Source: Diplonema japonicum (Eukaryota > Protista > Euglenozoa: Diplonemea). Taken from it: DNA of 64,000 bases. Below the pieces are notes generated by a model. That model had not been told where the DNA came from, searched no databases, and saw only the letters and a list, made by a program, of their open reading frames with translations. The stretch is from positions 372,001-436,000 of the forward strand of contig OZ025711.1 of assembly GCA_964019335.1 (NCBI GenBank), read 5' to 3'. The translations under genes were made by a program, and so were the position numbers. Every line of letters starts with the position of its first letter. The stretch's first letter is position 1. Shown piece after piece: positions 33,152 through 44,173 of the stretch.

Positions 33152-34396
33152 TCACCTTGTGAGCATGTCAAATTCAGTGTTAGTTATGTAGGCTTCCAGC
33201 GCGTTCCGTGAGGCTAGTTGCGTTGAGATCATACTGGCACGAACCCGGACCTCATACTTGAGCAGGCTCGGGACGGAAATTCGAGAGGCGTGGGAAGTGA
33301 AAGGCGTACTGCTCGAATGATGGAGGCAAGTAGTGGTGAGAGTAGAACCGTGAAAAGCAAGCCAAAGACTTGACCCGTCAGAAAGGTAGCAATGATGAGA
33401 AGGAACAATATGACCGGTGGGGCAAGGGGGGTGTATCGACGCATCCCAGGCCTCTAGCTCCCCGTGGATGAATGTCAAGCCACCCGAATGTTCTCGCCAA
33501 TTGTCATTTTCGTCAATTTCAAAACATTTTCCTTCACCGTACTCCCACACTCCCATCAGAACTGGCGGATCTATATGGACACTGTCTTTCCGGTCTCTGA
33601 CAGGTGACATGACGTACTCATCCGCGGCTTCTCTTGTTTCCTTTTTTTGTCTGGGAACAATAACAGGTTTGAATAATGGTGTCACTTCTCGTTCCTTGTA
33701 AACGATTCTCTCCACAGGGACCTCCTTTTCCACTATCTTCTCTTTCTCGATAAATACAATTTTCTCCACAGGGACTTCCTTCTCGATTATCACCTCTTTC
33801 TCCACGACTTTCGGGACCTCCACCACTTTTTCCACGATTTTCTCCACGGGTACTTCTACTCTTATCTCCTTGTCGACGTAAACCACTTTTTCAACTATCC
33901 TCTCCACAGGGACTTCCTTGTCCACGTAAACAATTTTTTCCACGATTTTCTCCACAGGTACCTCCACGATTTTTTCCACAGGAATTTCCACCACTTTTTC
34001 CACGATTTTCTCCACAAGAACTTCTTTCTCGACTTCCTTTTCGATGTACACAATTTTTTCAATCGGTTTTTCCACTATTTTTTCCACGATTTTCTCCACA
34101 ATCACAGGGTCAGGGGTTAGGCAGATCGATCTAATGTCCTCTGGTAATCTTGGGATCGGGGAACCGACACGGGTTGGCCTTGCACCTGGAGGGGTGAACG
34201 GGGATGTGTTCTTTTTAACTGCCGCTCCTTTCTTTGTGCTGTTTAAACCCCCTGTTGCTGGGCTTCCCACAGGGCCTGCTGCAGTAACGTCGGTGCTGGC
34301 TTGTTCTATCATGGCTTCCCACCACCTTCCGTGTCCCATGCCAACTCCTCCTTCGACGTCGAGAAGCTTCCATTCTGTCGAATCTTCTTGGGGCAT
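33152..34396 (-). CDS. Protein with EKIVEVPV-type charged/Val-Pro repeats (articulin/epiplasmin/alveolin-like)
   Basis: 414-aa ORF; ~140 aa of VEKIVEK/EVPVEKIV/VYVDKE repeats (about 33690-34105). Confidence 0.75.
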   Translation of the reverse strand: MPQEDSTEWKLLDVEGGVGMGHGRWWEAMIEQASTDVTAAGPVGSPATGGLNSTKKGAAVKKNTSPFTPPGARPTRVGSPIPRLPEDIRSICLTPDPVIVEKIVEKIVEKPIEKIVYIEKEVEKEVLVEKIVEKVVEIPVEKIVEVPVEKIVEKIVYVDKEVPVERIVEKVVYVDKEIRVEVPVEKIVEKVVEVPKVVEKEVIIEKEVPVEKIVFIEKEKIVEKEVPVERIVYKEREVTPLFKPVIVPRQKKETREAADEYVMSPVRDRKDSVHIDPPVLMGVWEYGEGKCFEIDENDNWREHSGGLTFIHGELEAWDASIHPPCPTGHIVPSHHCYLSDGSSLWLAFHGSTLTTTCLHHSSSTPFTSHASRISVPSLLKYEVRVRASMISTQLASRNALEAYITNTEFDMLTR

Positions 34397-34868
34397 AATG
34401 CTGGTATTTTGGTTTACGTCACCCTCCTTCTTCCTTCCCCCTCCCCCTTTCCTTTTTTGTTGTTGAGTGTTGGTGTTGTTTGTTTAAGGGAGGGGGTTTT
34501 TTTTTTAAAAAAAAAATAGATTTAGAAGTGTAAAAACACACTTTCCCTTTTTTTTTTTTTCTTCTTCTTCTTTGAGAGACTTCTCCTTTCCCCCCCCCCC
34601 CCCCGACCCCCCCGATGGATTTCTTCATTTTCTTTTTAATTTATCACCGTTCATTTTTCCCCACACCTTTCTTCTTTTTTCCTTTACCTTCTTTTTCAAA
34701 GAAACAAGAAAAAAAAATTCCATCTTCTATGACGGGGATGGGGGGGGGGGGGGGGAGAAACAAAAAGAAAAATAAAGGGGGGAAAGGGTCGCTCTTTTCT
34801 TTTTTTTTTCCCCGGCCTTCGAGAAAGTTAAAAAAAAAAGAGGGCCTCCCACAAAAAAAAAAAAAATT

Positions 34869-34911
<43 letters not shown>

Positions 34912-34922
34912 ACTTTTTTTTT

Positions 34923-35543
34923 TCAACACCGGAACCAACCTTTTTTGTTTTTCGCGTTTTTTTGGTTGATGCTTACGGTGCTGAGCGTTCGGGGGCCTCC
35001 TCTGGAGTCGTACGCTTTTTTGCACTCTATTGTTGCGAGTTGGAACACGTCGGCGACCATGTCGCCGGTTAAAGCAGATGTTTCCATGAAGGGCATGTTG
35101 TGCTCAGCTGCCAGCACACTCCCCTCTTCAGTTGTGATGACACGCTTTTCCGCTAAATCTGACTTATTCCCCACGAGAAGCCTGCAGGTCGACTCGTCAG
35201 CGTTCTGCTCGAGCTCCTTGAGCCATTTTTCAACGTGCGCAAAGGACTCCCGATTCGTTGTGTCATATACAATGATGATTGCGTCGCTGCCCCGGTAGTA
35301 GCTCCGTGTTATATTGCAGAACCTCTCTTGCCCCGCCGTGTCCCAGATCTGCAGCTGGAAGTTGTCTTCCCCAACCACCAGCTTTCTCATTTTGAAGTCC
35401 ACCCCTATCGTCGCAATGAAATTCGGTTCAAAATGGTCGTCCGCGTACCTCGTTATCAAACAGCTCTTCCCCACAAGCGAGTCCCCTATCAGCAACAGCT
35501 TGAAATTATACGGTTCTGAAGGGCCTCGAACGGTTACCGACAT
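34923..35543 (-). CDS. Rab family small GTPase (Rab1/Rab8-like, divergent)
   Basis: GDSLVGKS, TIGVDF, WDTAGQERF, SYYRG, LVGNKSDL, FMETSA; C-terminal Cys. Confidence 0.92.
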   Translation of the reverse strand: MSVTVRGPSEPYNFKLLLIGDSLVGKSCLITRYADDHFEPNFIATIGVDFKMRKLVVGEDNFQLQIWDTAGQERFCNITRSYYRGSDAIIIVYDTTNRESFAHVEKWLKELEQNADESTCRLLVGNKSDLAEKRVITTEEGSVLAAEHNMPFMETSALTGDMVADVFQLATIECKKAYDSRGGPRTLSTVSINQKNAKNKKGWFRC

Positions 35544-35826
35544 TTTTTTTTTTTTATTTTTTATTTTTTTTTTTTATAAAGTGTGTGTGGGTTTTCGGGG
35601 GGTGCCACCCCCACCTCCCCTCCCCCCCTTTTTTTTGGTGGACGATATCGATATCGCTGTGTCATAATAATTTAAGAAAAAAAAAAAGAAAGTAAAAAAA
35701 AAAAAAGAAGAACTTCAAACCCTCCCCCCTGAAAAAAAAAACTTTTTTTAAACTTTTTTTTTTCCTCTTTTTTTTTTTTTTTTTTTTTTTAAACTTTTTT
35801 TTTCTCAGTCCTCGCCTTCCCCCCAT

Positions 35827-37840
35827 TTAGTCTCCTAATGAGAGCGATCCCATCCCCGCGATGAGGCAGTCGTCGTCACTCTGTGACGAGTTTCCCCCCT
35901 GTATTGTGTGTTTACATTTTTTTTTTTCCCCTGCCTTTCCATACCAAGTTTTTCAACCCCCATAGAAGCCCTCCCCCGAGGCCGGTTTCTTCGCTCTCTG
36001 GCTTCGTGAAACTAATCGCGTTAGCCCACGGGTCCTCCAGGCCCATTGCAGAGCCGCCGATGACGCCAGTGTCGGCAGCCATATCATCGAAGACAAAGCG
36101 GTCCTTCTTCGGTGTGTTGGACCTGCTGTCGTTTGCGCTGAAAAACATGTTTTCAAAAAGATTTTCAAGTTCGAGTGTCTGCTGCTGGTCGGACCCCATC
36201 GGTGACTCTACCCCTAGCCCGATCTCCTCTTCTTGAACAGGCGGCATCACCGCAGCAGCCGTTGGTGGAAACACATGATTCTGTAAAAAAAGCAAATTTT
36301 TACCCCTCTTTTTTTTTTTTTTTTTTGAATACCTCAACTGGATGTTCTCTTTGCTGTATCACCGACGCTGTGACAGCAGGAGCAGCGGCAGTCGGAATGT
36401 GATGACTGATAACTTGCTGTTGGAAGTTGTTACGGTGGTGCTGCTGTGCAGCAACGGGTTGATGCTGCTGCTGCTGCTGCTGCTGGTGTTGGTTTTGATG
36501 CTGATGCTTCACCCCACCCACCGTGGTAAGCGGCTGTTTGAACTGTTGCTGCGACCGCTGCTGGCCCTTCCCTCCGTGGTGGTGCTGCTCCCTGCTGTTC
36601 CCGTGGTCCTTGTGGTGGGGTTTCTTGTTCTCATCCCTCTGCATAGCCATGGACAGCCGAAGCAGCTCCAACTGCTGAGGCCACATCACAGGGAGATTCA
36701 AAATCTTGAAGTTTGGTTTCATCGCCACACACTGCGTGCAGTGCTTCGATTTCGGGAGATTATGCGTGAAGCCACACGACATACATGGCCATTTCGAAAA
36801 AGCAGTGCTCAGAGATGTATGACAGCGATTCCCCATTATGACAGGCTGCGGCTCTGCTTCAAGAAAAGCAAGAACAGATGTGAATGAAGGAAATTCGATG
36901 TAACCGAGATCAGGTTGGACGTGGGTGGCGGTGATGGCACCGAAATGGCTGTATGAGGATTTTATAACGGCTTGCAGCTCGGAGATTTGAGCAGGCGTAG
37001 TCGCCCATGGTGTCTCTACAGGGCGGACTTCAACGATGTAGGCTGAGGTCGCCTTCCAGACGACAATGGGTTGCGAGTCCAGCAGCCTGCTCTGCTCGTA
37101 CTCGACTGCGGCGTCTGCTGAGGTCTCGGCTTCGAACATTATCTGAGCCTCGGTGCCGCCTTCTCCTTGGTGTACCCATACGTCTTGGATCGCCCCGTAC
37201 CTGCTGAAGACTCTTTGGATTGTTGATTTCTCAGTGTCCTTTGGGATCTCCGTAGCGATCACAGTCGTCCTCTTATTGTGTTCCACGAAGCCTAACGGCC
37301 GTTCAGCGTTGACGTCTATGCGCAGTGCGTGGTCGAAGTGCCGTTTCTCAATACCCTTTGCGACGTCGCAGTTCTGCCCCGTGCAGGTTTCATCCTTTGT
37401 TTTTTCCTTTTTTTTTTTCTTGGTACAATGATACCTCGAGGCTGTTGATCCGCATGCACAGCCAGCATTTCCACTCCTCTTCGCTGGGCTTCAGTTCCCT
37501 CGCCGCGTGGATCTCGTCGTCCGCGTATGCCTCTGCAAAGGCAACCATCAGCGGAAGGCCGTCGATCTGTTATTATTATTCTCTTTTTTTTTTTTTTTTT
37601 TGTTGGCGAGCAAACCTGAACCTGGTCCTCCCACCTCTTCATTTCTGCCGCATCTACATCGCTGTAGAAAGCGATCACAGCGGTGGACGCGTCATCCCTC
37701 TTGATCCTCACGATACCACCGTACGCCCTGTAGGCCACGTACAACGCAGAGGTCATCTGATGCGAAGGGAGGTTCATCAGCACCAAAGTAGTCCTGCTGA
37801 GGTTTCTGCGGTGGCCGTGTGTGTGGCCATGGTTGTGCAT
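35827..37840 (-). CDS. RNA-binding protein with RRM-like domains, two RanBP2-type zinc fingers and a Q/H-rich region, 5 exons
   Basis: Introns 37567-37615, 37395-37434, 36281-36332 and 35899-35944 restore frame. Fingers WKCWLCMRINSLE|DETCTGQNC and WPCMSCGFTHNLPKSKHCTQC. RRM-like VFSRYGAIQDV..AQIMFE. Confidence 0.75.
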
Positions 37841-37987
37841 TGCATCCACCCTCCCAACCTTTTTTTTTTTTTTGAAGATAAAAATTGTGGGGGGGGGTTC
37901 GTCATAAGAAGAAAAAAGAAAATGAGGGGTGATGGGAACATCGTCGCCCTCATAGCTTTTATCCCCACCCCACCCCACCCCTCCCAT

Positions 37988-40174
37988 TCAGTATTTTGTA
38001 ACGAGCTGCAAAATAGGTACTTCCGACAGGTCAATGCAGAGATCTGAACGGATGTAATGAAGAACTTTTGTGACTTCCGCCTCACTAAGATGCGCAGGGG
38101 TCAGCCCGTTTAACAGCTTGTTGAACAAGGTTCGAGAAGCCCCTGTCCCGTCGAGGAGGATCTGCCGCAACGAAGTTAAAAAGCTGCACCCGAGGGTCGT
38201 GGTGGGCGCCCCTATGAGGTCGCAATAGTATAAAATCTTGGAGTAGAACGTAACCCGTTGGTTTAATTCGTAGTTTTGTTGGTGTTCCTCCCGGATGATC
38301 TGTGACCAGAGGTCCTGTCTGGGGCTTTTCCCGCCTGTTGGTGTTGACCAGCCTTTGGCTTGTTCTGTGGCTCGCTGGGCCAGACTCACCAAATAATCAA
38401 CACTCTTGTACACCTTGTCCCTGTTGTTTTTACGGCGTTCTAATTTGTTCTGAAGCTTTATCTGACTTCGAAACTGTTTGTTCAAAAATCGAAAACTCCA
38501 ATAAGTACAGTTGAACCCGTCCACTTCCATGTCGTGGCCGCCTGAAACAGAACGGTGCAGTCGCTTTGGAGGCTTCACAGACGGGTTGAAATCTTCAATA
38601 CATTTTAAACGCCAGTTTGCTATAGGGTCTGACGGCGGCGACAACGGCGGTGCAGGAGCGTGATCAGGAGCAGGTGCGGACATGGGACGAAGGGGCATTG
38701 ATACCTCATCCTCTTCGGGAAGGAGCTTAACATCCTTCATGTTGTCGATCTTCAAGAAAATCTCAGGAAAAAGAATCTCCGCAGAGTCATTTTCGTCAAG
38801 AGTGGATATCAGAGTTTCACCTTTCTTCAGTAAGTCAACGCGAGATTGTGACGCAAGAAGTTCTTCTTTAGGAAAGCTGAAGCGTCTTAAGAACATTGTT
38901 TGCATTTTGCCCTGCATAACCGGTTTTGTATTGCCTTCTTGTTTGACCTGCTTGCGGGACTCGATAGCCTCGCGTACTTCTTCCCGTCGGCGTTCTTTAG
39001 CTTTTTCCCGTCTTCGTTGCAGTTCTTCGGCTGCTTCTAGGCAGCCGTTCTGTCCTGTTACGTTCTTCTTTTCAGCAATGTCTAGAATCTTCTTCAGCTG
39101 TGTAACGACAGCAGGTGTCATGTCCTCGTCTGTTTTCTTCCCGGAGGCTACCGTTTCAGGCTTTGTGTTTTGATACCGATGCTTGTAGAAGCGGTGTCTC
39201 TGGGATTTTTTATCCCCAGCCTCGCCTTGAGAAGGGTTTTGCTGTTTCGTCTGCTGCCGTTCAGCTTTGCGTTTTCTGTCCTGCTGCTCTTTGTTTGTCT
39301 GAGGGGGGTATCGAAGACCCTTTGTAAGATCCCTGATCCGAGTTTCAATTTTTCTCCTAGCCTCTCCCAACGGCCTGTAACGGACTTCCGTCGGTGTTGT
39401 AAACCCGACCTCCGGGACCTCCGCACCATATAGTGTGGTGTGGTGGTTCCGTTTGTACCTCTCGCATTTTTCCCCAAAGAGTATAAGGAAGTCGTCGTGG
39501 GACTGCCGAAGGGCGGAGAAGTGCAGCTTTTCTTGAAAATTCTCGAACTCCGATTTCGGTTTCGAACAAGCCTGCCGCATCAACCGGATCTCTTGCCGGT
39601 TCTTCCCCTTCGCGCTTTCCAAGATGGAGTTCTCCTTCGTCGCGTCTGCCGCCACCATCACCACTAAAGGCTGCGCACGGACAGTCGCAGAGACCCCTGC
39701 AGAGCACACCCCAGGAATCCCGTGGCAAGGACCTCCCTCTGCTTTGCACATGGATTTGATGTGTCCTTTACCTTCGCAGTGAGTGCACTCGCCAGTTTGC
39801 ATGTACAGAGGTGAAGATTCAACTGGGTTTTTAAGGCACCGATGGGGCGGGTGGTCTGTTGAAAGACAGTTGTAGCAGCCCTTGTTCGAGCTTTCTTCGT
39901 CGTGTCTCTTGTGTACCGTCTTCTTGGACGCTGTTTGGTCCCGCACCCGCTTCACGATGAAGCGTTCCTCTCCGCAGATCTCCTTTCTCTCGGTTTCGAA
40001 GTAGTCGCGCAGTGCGACGAGGGAGCATGCCTCGAGGTAAAAGTAATCGACTTCCTTCTTCACAGACCCGTCCCACCAGCAGGTTCCCGGGCAGTCCTTG
40101 TACTTCACCTTCAGCAGCTTCCGTAAGTCGGTGTGCTGCATCTGCACTGCTTGGCTTTCTTCTCGTTGTCGCAT
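37988..40174 (-). CDS. Hypothetical protein with two CCHC zinc knuckles
   Basis: Long intronless ORF; CYNCLSTDHPPHRC and CTHCEGKGHIKSMC. Confidence 0.7.
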   Translation of the reverse strand: MRQREESQAVQMQHTDLRKLLKVKYKDCPGTCWWDGSVKKEVDYFYLEACSLVALRDYFETERKEICGEERFIVKRVRDQTASKKTVHKRHDEESSNKGCYNCLSTDHPPHRCLKNPVESSPLYMQTGECTHCEGKGHIKSMCKAEGGPCHGIPGVCSAGVSATVRAQPLVVMVAADATKENSILESAKGKNRQEIRLMRQACSKPKSEFENFQEKLHFSALRQSHDDFLILFGEKCERYKRNHHTTLYGAEVPEVGFTTPTEVRYRPLGEARRKIETRIRDLTKGLRYPPQTNKEQQDRKRKAERQQTKQQNPSQGEAGDKKSQRHRFYKHRYQNTKPETVASGKKTDEDMTPAVVTQLKKILDIAEKKNVTGQNGCLEAAEELQRRREKAKERRREEVREAIESRKQVKQEGNTKPVMQGKMQTMFLRRFSFPKEELLASQSRVDLLKKGETLISTLDENDSAEILFPEIFLKIDNMKDVKLLPEEDEVSMPLRPMSAPAPDHAPAPPLSPPSDPIANWRLKCIEDFNPSVKPPKRLHRSVSGGHDMEVDGFNCTYWSFRFLNKQFRSQIKLQNKLERRKNNRDKVYKSVDYLVSLAQRATEQAKGWSTPTGGKSPRQDLWSQIIREEHQQNYELNQRVTFYSKILYYCDLIGAPTTTLGCSFLTSLRQILLDGTGASRTLFNKLLNGLTPAHLSEAEVTKVLHYIRSDLCIDLSEVPILQLVTKY

Positions 40175-41045
40175 ACCAACAACTTCTTGAACCAACCCCT
40201 TCCTTCTCCTTTTAAGGTTTTGTGTGTGTGTTTGGAAAGAAACTCAAAGAAAGACGTTTAAAAAAAAAAAAAGGGGATTTGTACATTATTTATTTTTCTT
40301 TTTTTTTTTTTCTGTTCTCTTCTTGTCACGTTGCAATAGCTGATGAAAGGAGAATGAAATTCGATAAGATTTCAGTGGGGGGTGGGGGGGATAGAGTGCA
40401 TGCCTGGGAGGGGGGAATGTGGTGCTCATTGGGGAAAGAGTAGTATGATATCTTGCTTGGAATGTCCTCCCTTGTCTCTGGAAAGAAAGAAAGAAAAATT
40501 AGGGAGGGGAAAATCTTTTGTTCAACAAGTTACCAGATTAAAATTATAGGGAAAAAGGTACATGACGAAGATACGAGGAGGGGGGGGGGGGGGGGGGGGG
40601 GAGAGCGAAAGACCAACAAGCTGGCTTAAGGCGTAAAAAAACTTTTACATCGCGTAAAAAAAAAAAAAAAAAAAAAAAAACGGGGGAGAAAAAAAAGGGG
40701 CCTCAAAGCGATACCTTAACAAGCAAGAGGATTCATATAGATTCCCTTATTTCTTTCTCTTCCTCTTTTGTTTCTCTTGCATTTTTTCTCGTTTTGATTC
40801 TTTTTTTTTTTCCCTGAAAACTTTTATTTCTGTCCTCCTCTTGCCCGTATCTAACTTTTGCGCCCTTATTTTTTTTTTCTCTTTTTTTTTCCCCTTCTCT
40901 TCTTTTCTTTAATTCATTTCAAATTATATTTTTTTTTTTGTTTTTTTCCTTCTTGCTGCATGTTCCTTATACGTAACTTCTAAGAAGATAGAAACACATT
41001 TATTAAAAAAAAAAAAAAAAGCAAGTATTTGTTTTCTCCTTCTTT

Positions 41046-42311
41046 CTAAAAAATCCCGGCTTCACGATAAAGGTCGGCGATAGTCTCAGAAATGGTGGCC
41101 CGCGTCTTGTCTTGAATAGGGCCATCCTTCTCCTTCACTTGTCGGTGCCGAGCTTGCGGAGTGCTCATCATCGAATCCACCTGAATCTCCAACGGGAAGG
41201 GAAACCTCCTCGTCCACGCATCATGCCTCATAGCTAACGGGACCGACAGTGTTGACAATGTTACATTCTTAAGATAAGCGAAACTACACCTTACTGGGTA
41301 GCCCACTGGACCTCCATCAGGCGAAGGAATACACACCCTCACAAAAGGCCGATACGCAGGCGAAGACCCGATCACCGACATCGTGAAATACCGGTACAAA
41401 TCACCAGACGCAACATGCTCTGTGTAGAGCCCATGCTGCACTGACCAGCACTGAGGACACATTGCCATCCGACACTTTTCACAGTACAGAACAGCTGGTC
41501 GATTCTCATATTCGATACAATACTCACAAGGACGAAGAACAAGCCTGAGATCAGAGGACGGAACAGCACATCTTTCGCACATGTAACCAGCACCATGTGA
41601 GTACAACGATGCAGGCTGTACACCACATAGCTGACACGCAGTAGGTGTGCTCGGTTCAGGTTTCCACAAAACACCTGGGACAGGACCGTCAGAGTGTATC
41701 TCCACGGAAGGAATGTGAAACCTCCTTCTCGGGTTCTTATGCCACACATTGTTGCACCCGCTGCACAGATGCAAGGAACACTCTGAACAATACGTTTCGT
41801 AAGGAATGTCATCACACAGTTCGCACATTGACGTTGTGCCGGGTAGTGGGGGTGGCATGAAAGCATGGTGTGGTGGTGATGGTTGATCACCACCTGCTTC
41901 ATCCCATGCATCTATATAATCCTGAACAGTGGTGGTATCGTTAGCAGGGATGGATGGAGAGTGAAAGGTATCGCCACACCCACAACACCTGTTCAGCCCT
42001 GATACCCCAACGCAGTTTCTGCAGAATGGGACTAATTTTGTAGCTGTTTCTTCGGTTGAGTCGGATGGCGGTGGTGGTGTCACGGGTGCTTCTCGGACCC
42101 ACACCGTGTCCCACAGTCCGAGTTCTTCTGGTGATAATGATGTGTCTAGTGCCTCGCCCCATTCTTCTCTGTGGAGGGTGAACCCTCGGGTCATGTCTAC
42201 TAAAACTTTCAACTGTTCCAACTGTTGCCCGCTGTCTAGAGGCACGCTGCTTCTCAAGTACCACACCGCCCGCTCACCGTGGTTGAGCCCCTCGATCGTC
42301 AATGCTAGCAT
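41046..42311 (-). CDS. B-box zinc-finger protein
   Basis: CELCD..YCSECSLHLCSGCNNVWH..RRFH and CEYC..AVLYCEKCRMAMCPQCWSVQH..EH, plus a degenerate middle copy. Confidence 0.75.
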   Translation of the reverse strand: MLALTIEGLNHGERAVWYLRSSVPLDSGQQLEQLKVLVDMTRGFTLHREEWGEALDTSLSPEELGLWDTVWVREAPVTPPPPSDSTEETATKLVPFCRNCVGVSGLNRCCGCGDTFHSPSIPANDTTTVQDYIDAWDEAGGDQPSPPHHAFMPPPLPGTTSMCELCDDIPYETYCSECSLHLCSGCNNVWHKNPRRRFHIPSVEIHSDGPVPGVLWKPEPSTPTACQLCGVQPASLYSHGAGYMCERCAVPSSDLRLVLRPCEYCIEYENRPAVLYCEKCRMAMCPQCWSVQHGLYTEHVASGDLYRYFTMSVIGSSPAYRPFVRVCIPSPDGGPVGYPVRCSFAYLKNVTLSTLSVPLAMRHDAWTRRFPFPLEIQVDSMMSTPQARHRQVKEKDGPIQDKTRATISETIADLYREAGIF

Positions 42312-42717
42312 AGATGGCAGCGGGGTTATCGCATCATGGTTTTTTTTTTTTTTTTTTTTTTTAAATTGCCGCTATAAACATTTTTTTTTTTCTTTTTTTC
42401 CATACAACAAAAGAAAGTAGAAGGGAAGAAGAAGACTGGCGGCCGAAGGTATGTGGGAGCAAAGAAACAAAAATAGTAACGTACACACTTCGAAGGAGAA
42501 CTGGAAAGAAAGAAGAAGAAACTTCGAAGACGCTGCCATTTAAGGACAGCCTTTTTTTTTTAAAAAAAAAAGTGACTCAACGTACAGGACACAATAAAAA
42601 AAATATGTGTTAATGTGTTAAGAGGAAAAGTATGCCCTCCCCCCCAAAAAAAAACTTTTTATATTTATAACTATATACGTCTTCGTTTGGCCACAAAGTT
42701 GCATGTTGTTTTTCTTT

Positions 42718-44010
42718 TTAGTGGAAACTGCTCGAACTGCTTTTTTCAGAAGGAAACAGATTCGCCCTGCCTCCGGGGCTAACGTCGAGGTTGCTAGCAA
42801 GCTGTTCAGGACGGTCCATTTCTACATGCAGCATCTTGCCCAGGTAGGTCCCTCTTTCACCCCACCAATCGAGAAATTCAACACTTTCCGGGTCAATAGC
42901 AGGCTGATCCCGGAGCTTAGAAATAAGCTCTTCAGGACTCCCCCGCACGTTGTGGCCAGGAATCGCCAATGACAGGCTTTGCTCAAGCCGCATTGACCTT
43001 GGAGGCTGTATAGCAAGATAATTAAGAACGGTGTAAGGCTTAGCATGCTTGAAGTGATACTCCATCTGCAACTGATCAATAACTTTATCAATTTCGCCCA
43101 TGTCGCACGTTTCGCTTGAGTCTTGGAATGCTTCCAATGCTTCTATCTTTTCCAAAAGCGCATCGGGGGCTGCCGAAGCTTCTCTTTTAAACCGGACCCA
43201 CACACTTCGCGACGCCCAGGGTATCCTCGCGGGAAACGACTCCTCCTTGCACAGCTCGTAACAACATTTTTTTTGGTTTTTCCGCATCGTTATGTATTCA
43301 CAGTTCCCTATATTGAACACTGTCTCGAAGGTGTCGACGGACCACTGGAACACGGCCATCAACATTAAACGAATTGTCAAACCGTGGGTGACCAACAGAC
43401 AGGTTTCATACTTGTCAACCCTTCCCGAGAGCAACGATGTCGGCCCATCTGACAGTAATGAGTCCCAGAAGGCTGCGACACGGTCGAACACATCAGCTGA
43501 AGACTCTGCGTTGGGACGCCGGTAGTAAAACCGGCCCACTGTTTTTTCCTCCGCGCGAACCGCTGCAGTGAGCCCGATCGACTGAAAATTTCCAAACTCC
43601 TGCTCACGGATGCGAGGGTCATGGTGAACAACGCATACTTGTTTCCTAGGAAGCCCGCCTTTGTACAAACCATATAGAGTTTGCACAGCACGCTCGAAGG
43701 GCGACACGGCTACGTAAACCTTTCCGTCGCCCACCACATTTTTTAGTCTCGCGCCGGCATCCATTGCCTGTCTCAACCCGTGCGGGGTGATCTCCAGCTG
43801 GCTGTCTCCTTTCAAGCTGTACACGGTTTTGTCTACGTTGCCCTCGCTCTCTCCGTGTCGTAGCATCACGATTCTTTCGGGGAGTTTCTCCCATTTCAAC
43901 CTCCGCTTCCTCTCCTCCATGGCACGCAAGGTCGCATCTAGCTCCCCGCTGTTCACCTGCTGCGTCAGCTTCGGTAGGATCTCCAAGATCTTCTCCAGTT
44001 CCGCGGCCAT
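42718..44010 (-). CDS. Histidine phosphatase / phosphoglycerate-mutase superfamily protein
   Basis: IVMLRHGESEGN, VSPFERAVQT, DPRIREQEFGNFQ, ESSADVFDRV, LVTHGLTIR. The real start is taken as MAAELEK (44010). Confidence 0.9.
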   Translation of the reverse strand: MAAELEKILEILPKLTQQVNSGELDATLRAMEERKRRLKWEKLPERIVMLRHGESEGNVDKTVYSLKGDSQLEITPHGLRQAMDAGARLKNVVGDGKVYVAVSPFERAVQTLYGLYKGGLPRKQVCVVHHDPRIREQEFGNFQSIGLTAAVRAEEKTVGRFYYRRPNAESSADVFDRVAAFWDSLLSDGPTSLLSGRVDKYETCLLVTHGLTIRLMLMAVFQWSVDTFETVFNIGNCEYITMRKNQKKCCYELCKEESFPARIPWASRSVWVRFKREASAAPDALLEKIEALEAFQDSSETCDMGEIDKVIDQLQMEYHFKHAKPYTVLNYLAIQPPRSMRLEQSLSLAIPGHNVRGSPEELISKLRDQPAIDPESVEFLDWWGERGTYLGKMLHVEMDRPEQLASNLDVSPGGRANLFPSEKSSSSSFH

Positions 44011-44173
44011 CTTCACTTTTTTTTTTCCCCTTTTCTTTTTCTTCTTTTTTTTCCCCGTTAAACCGAGAGAGAAAAGAAGAAAACGGAAAACTAAGGGAGG
44101 AGAGAGTGAACAGAGTATGTAAACACCCGAACGCTCTGAATTTTCCACAATGGGGGGAGGGGGCTTGTCCTCA

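Noticed and set aside
37988-40174. Zinc knuckles as a retrotransposon Gag
   Set aside because: No protease, RT, integrase, LTRs or target-site duplications nearby.
40200-41040. tRNA, rRNA or SL-RNA gene in the longer spacers
   Set aside because: No cloverleaf, A/B boxes or recognisable conserved RNA sequence seen by eye.
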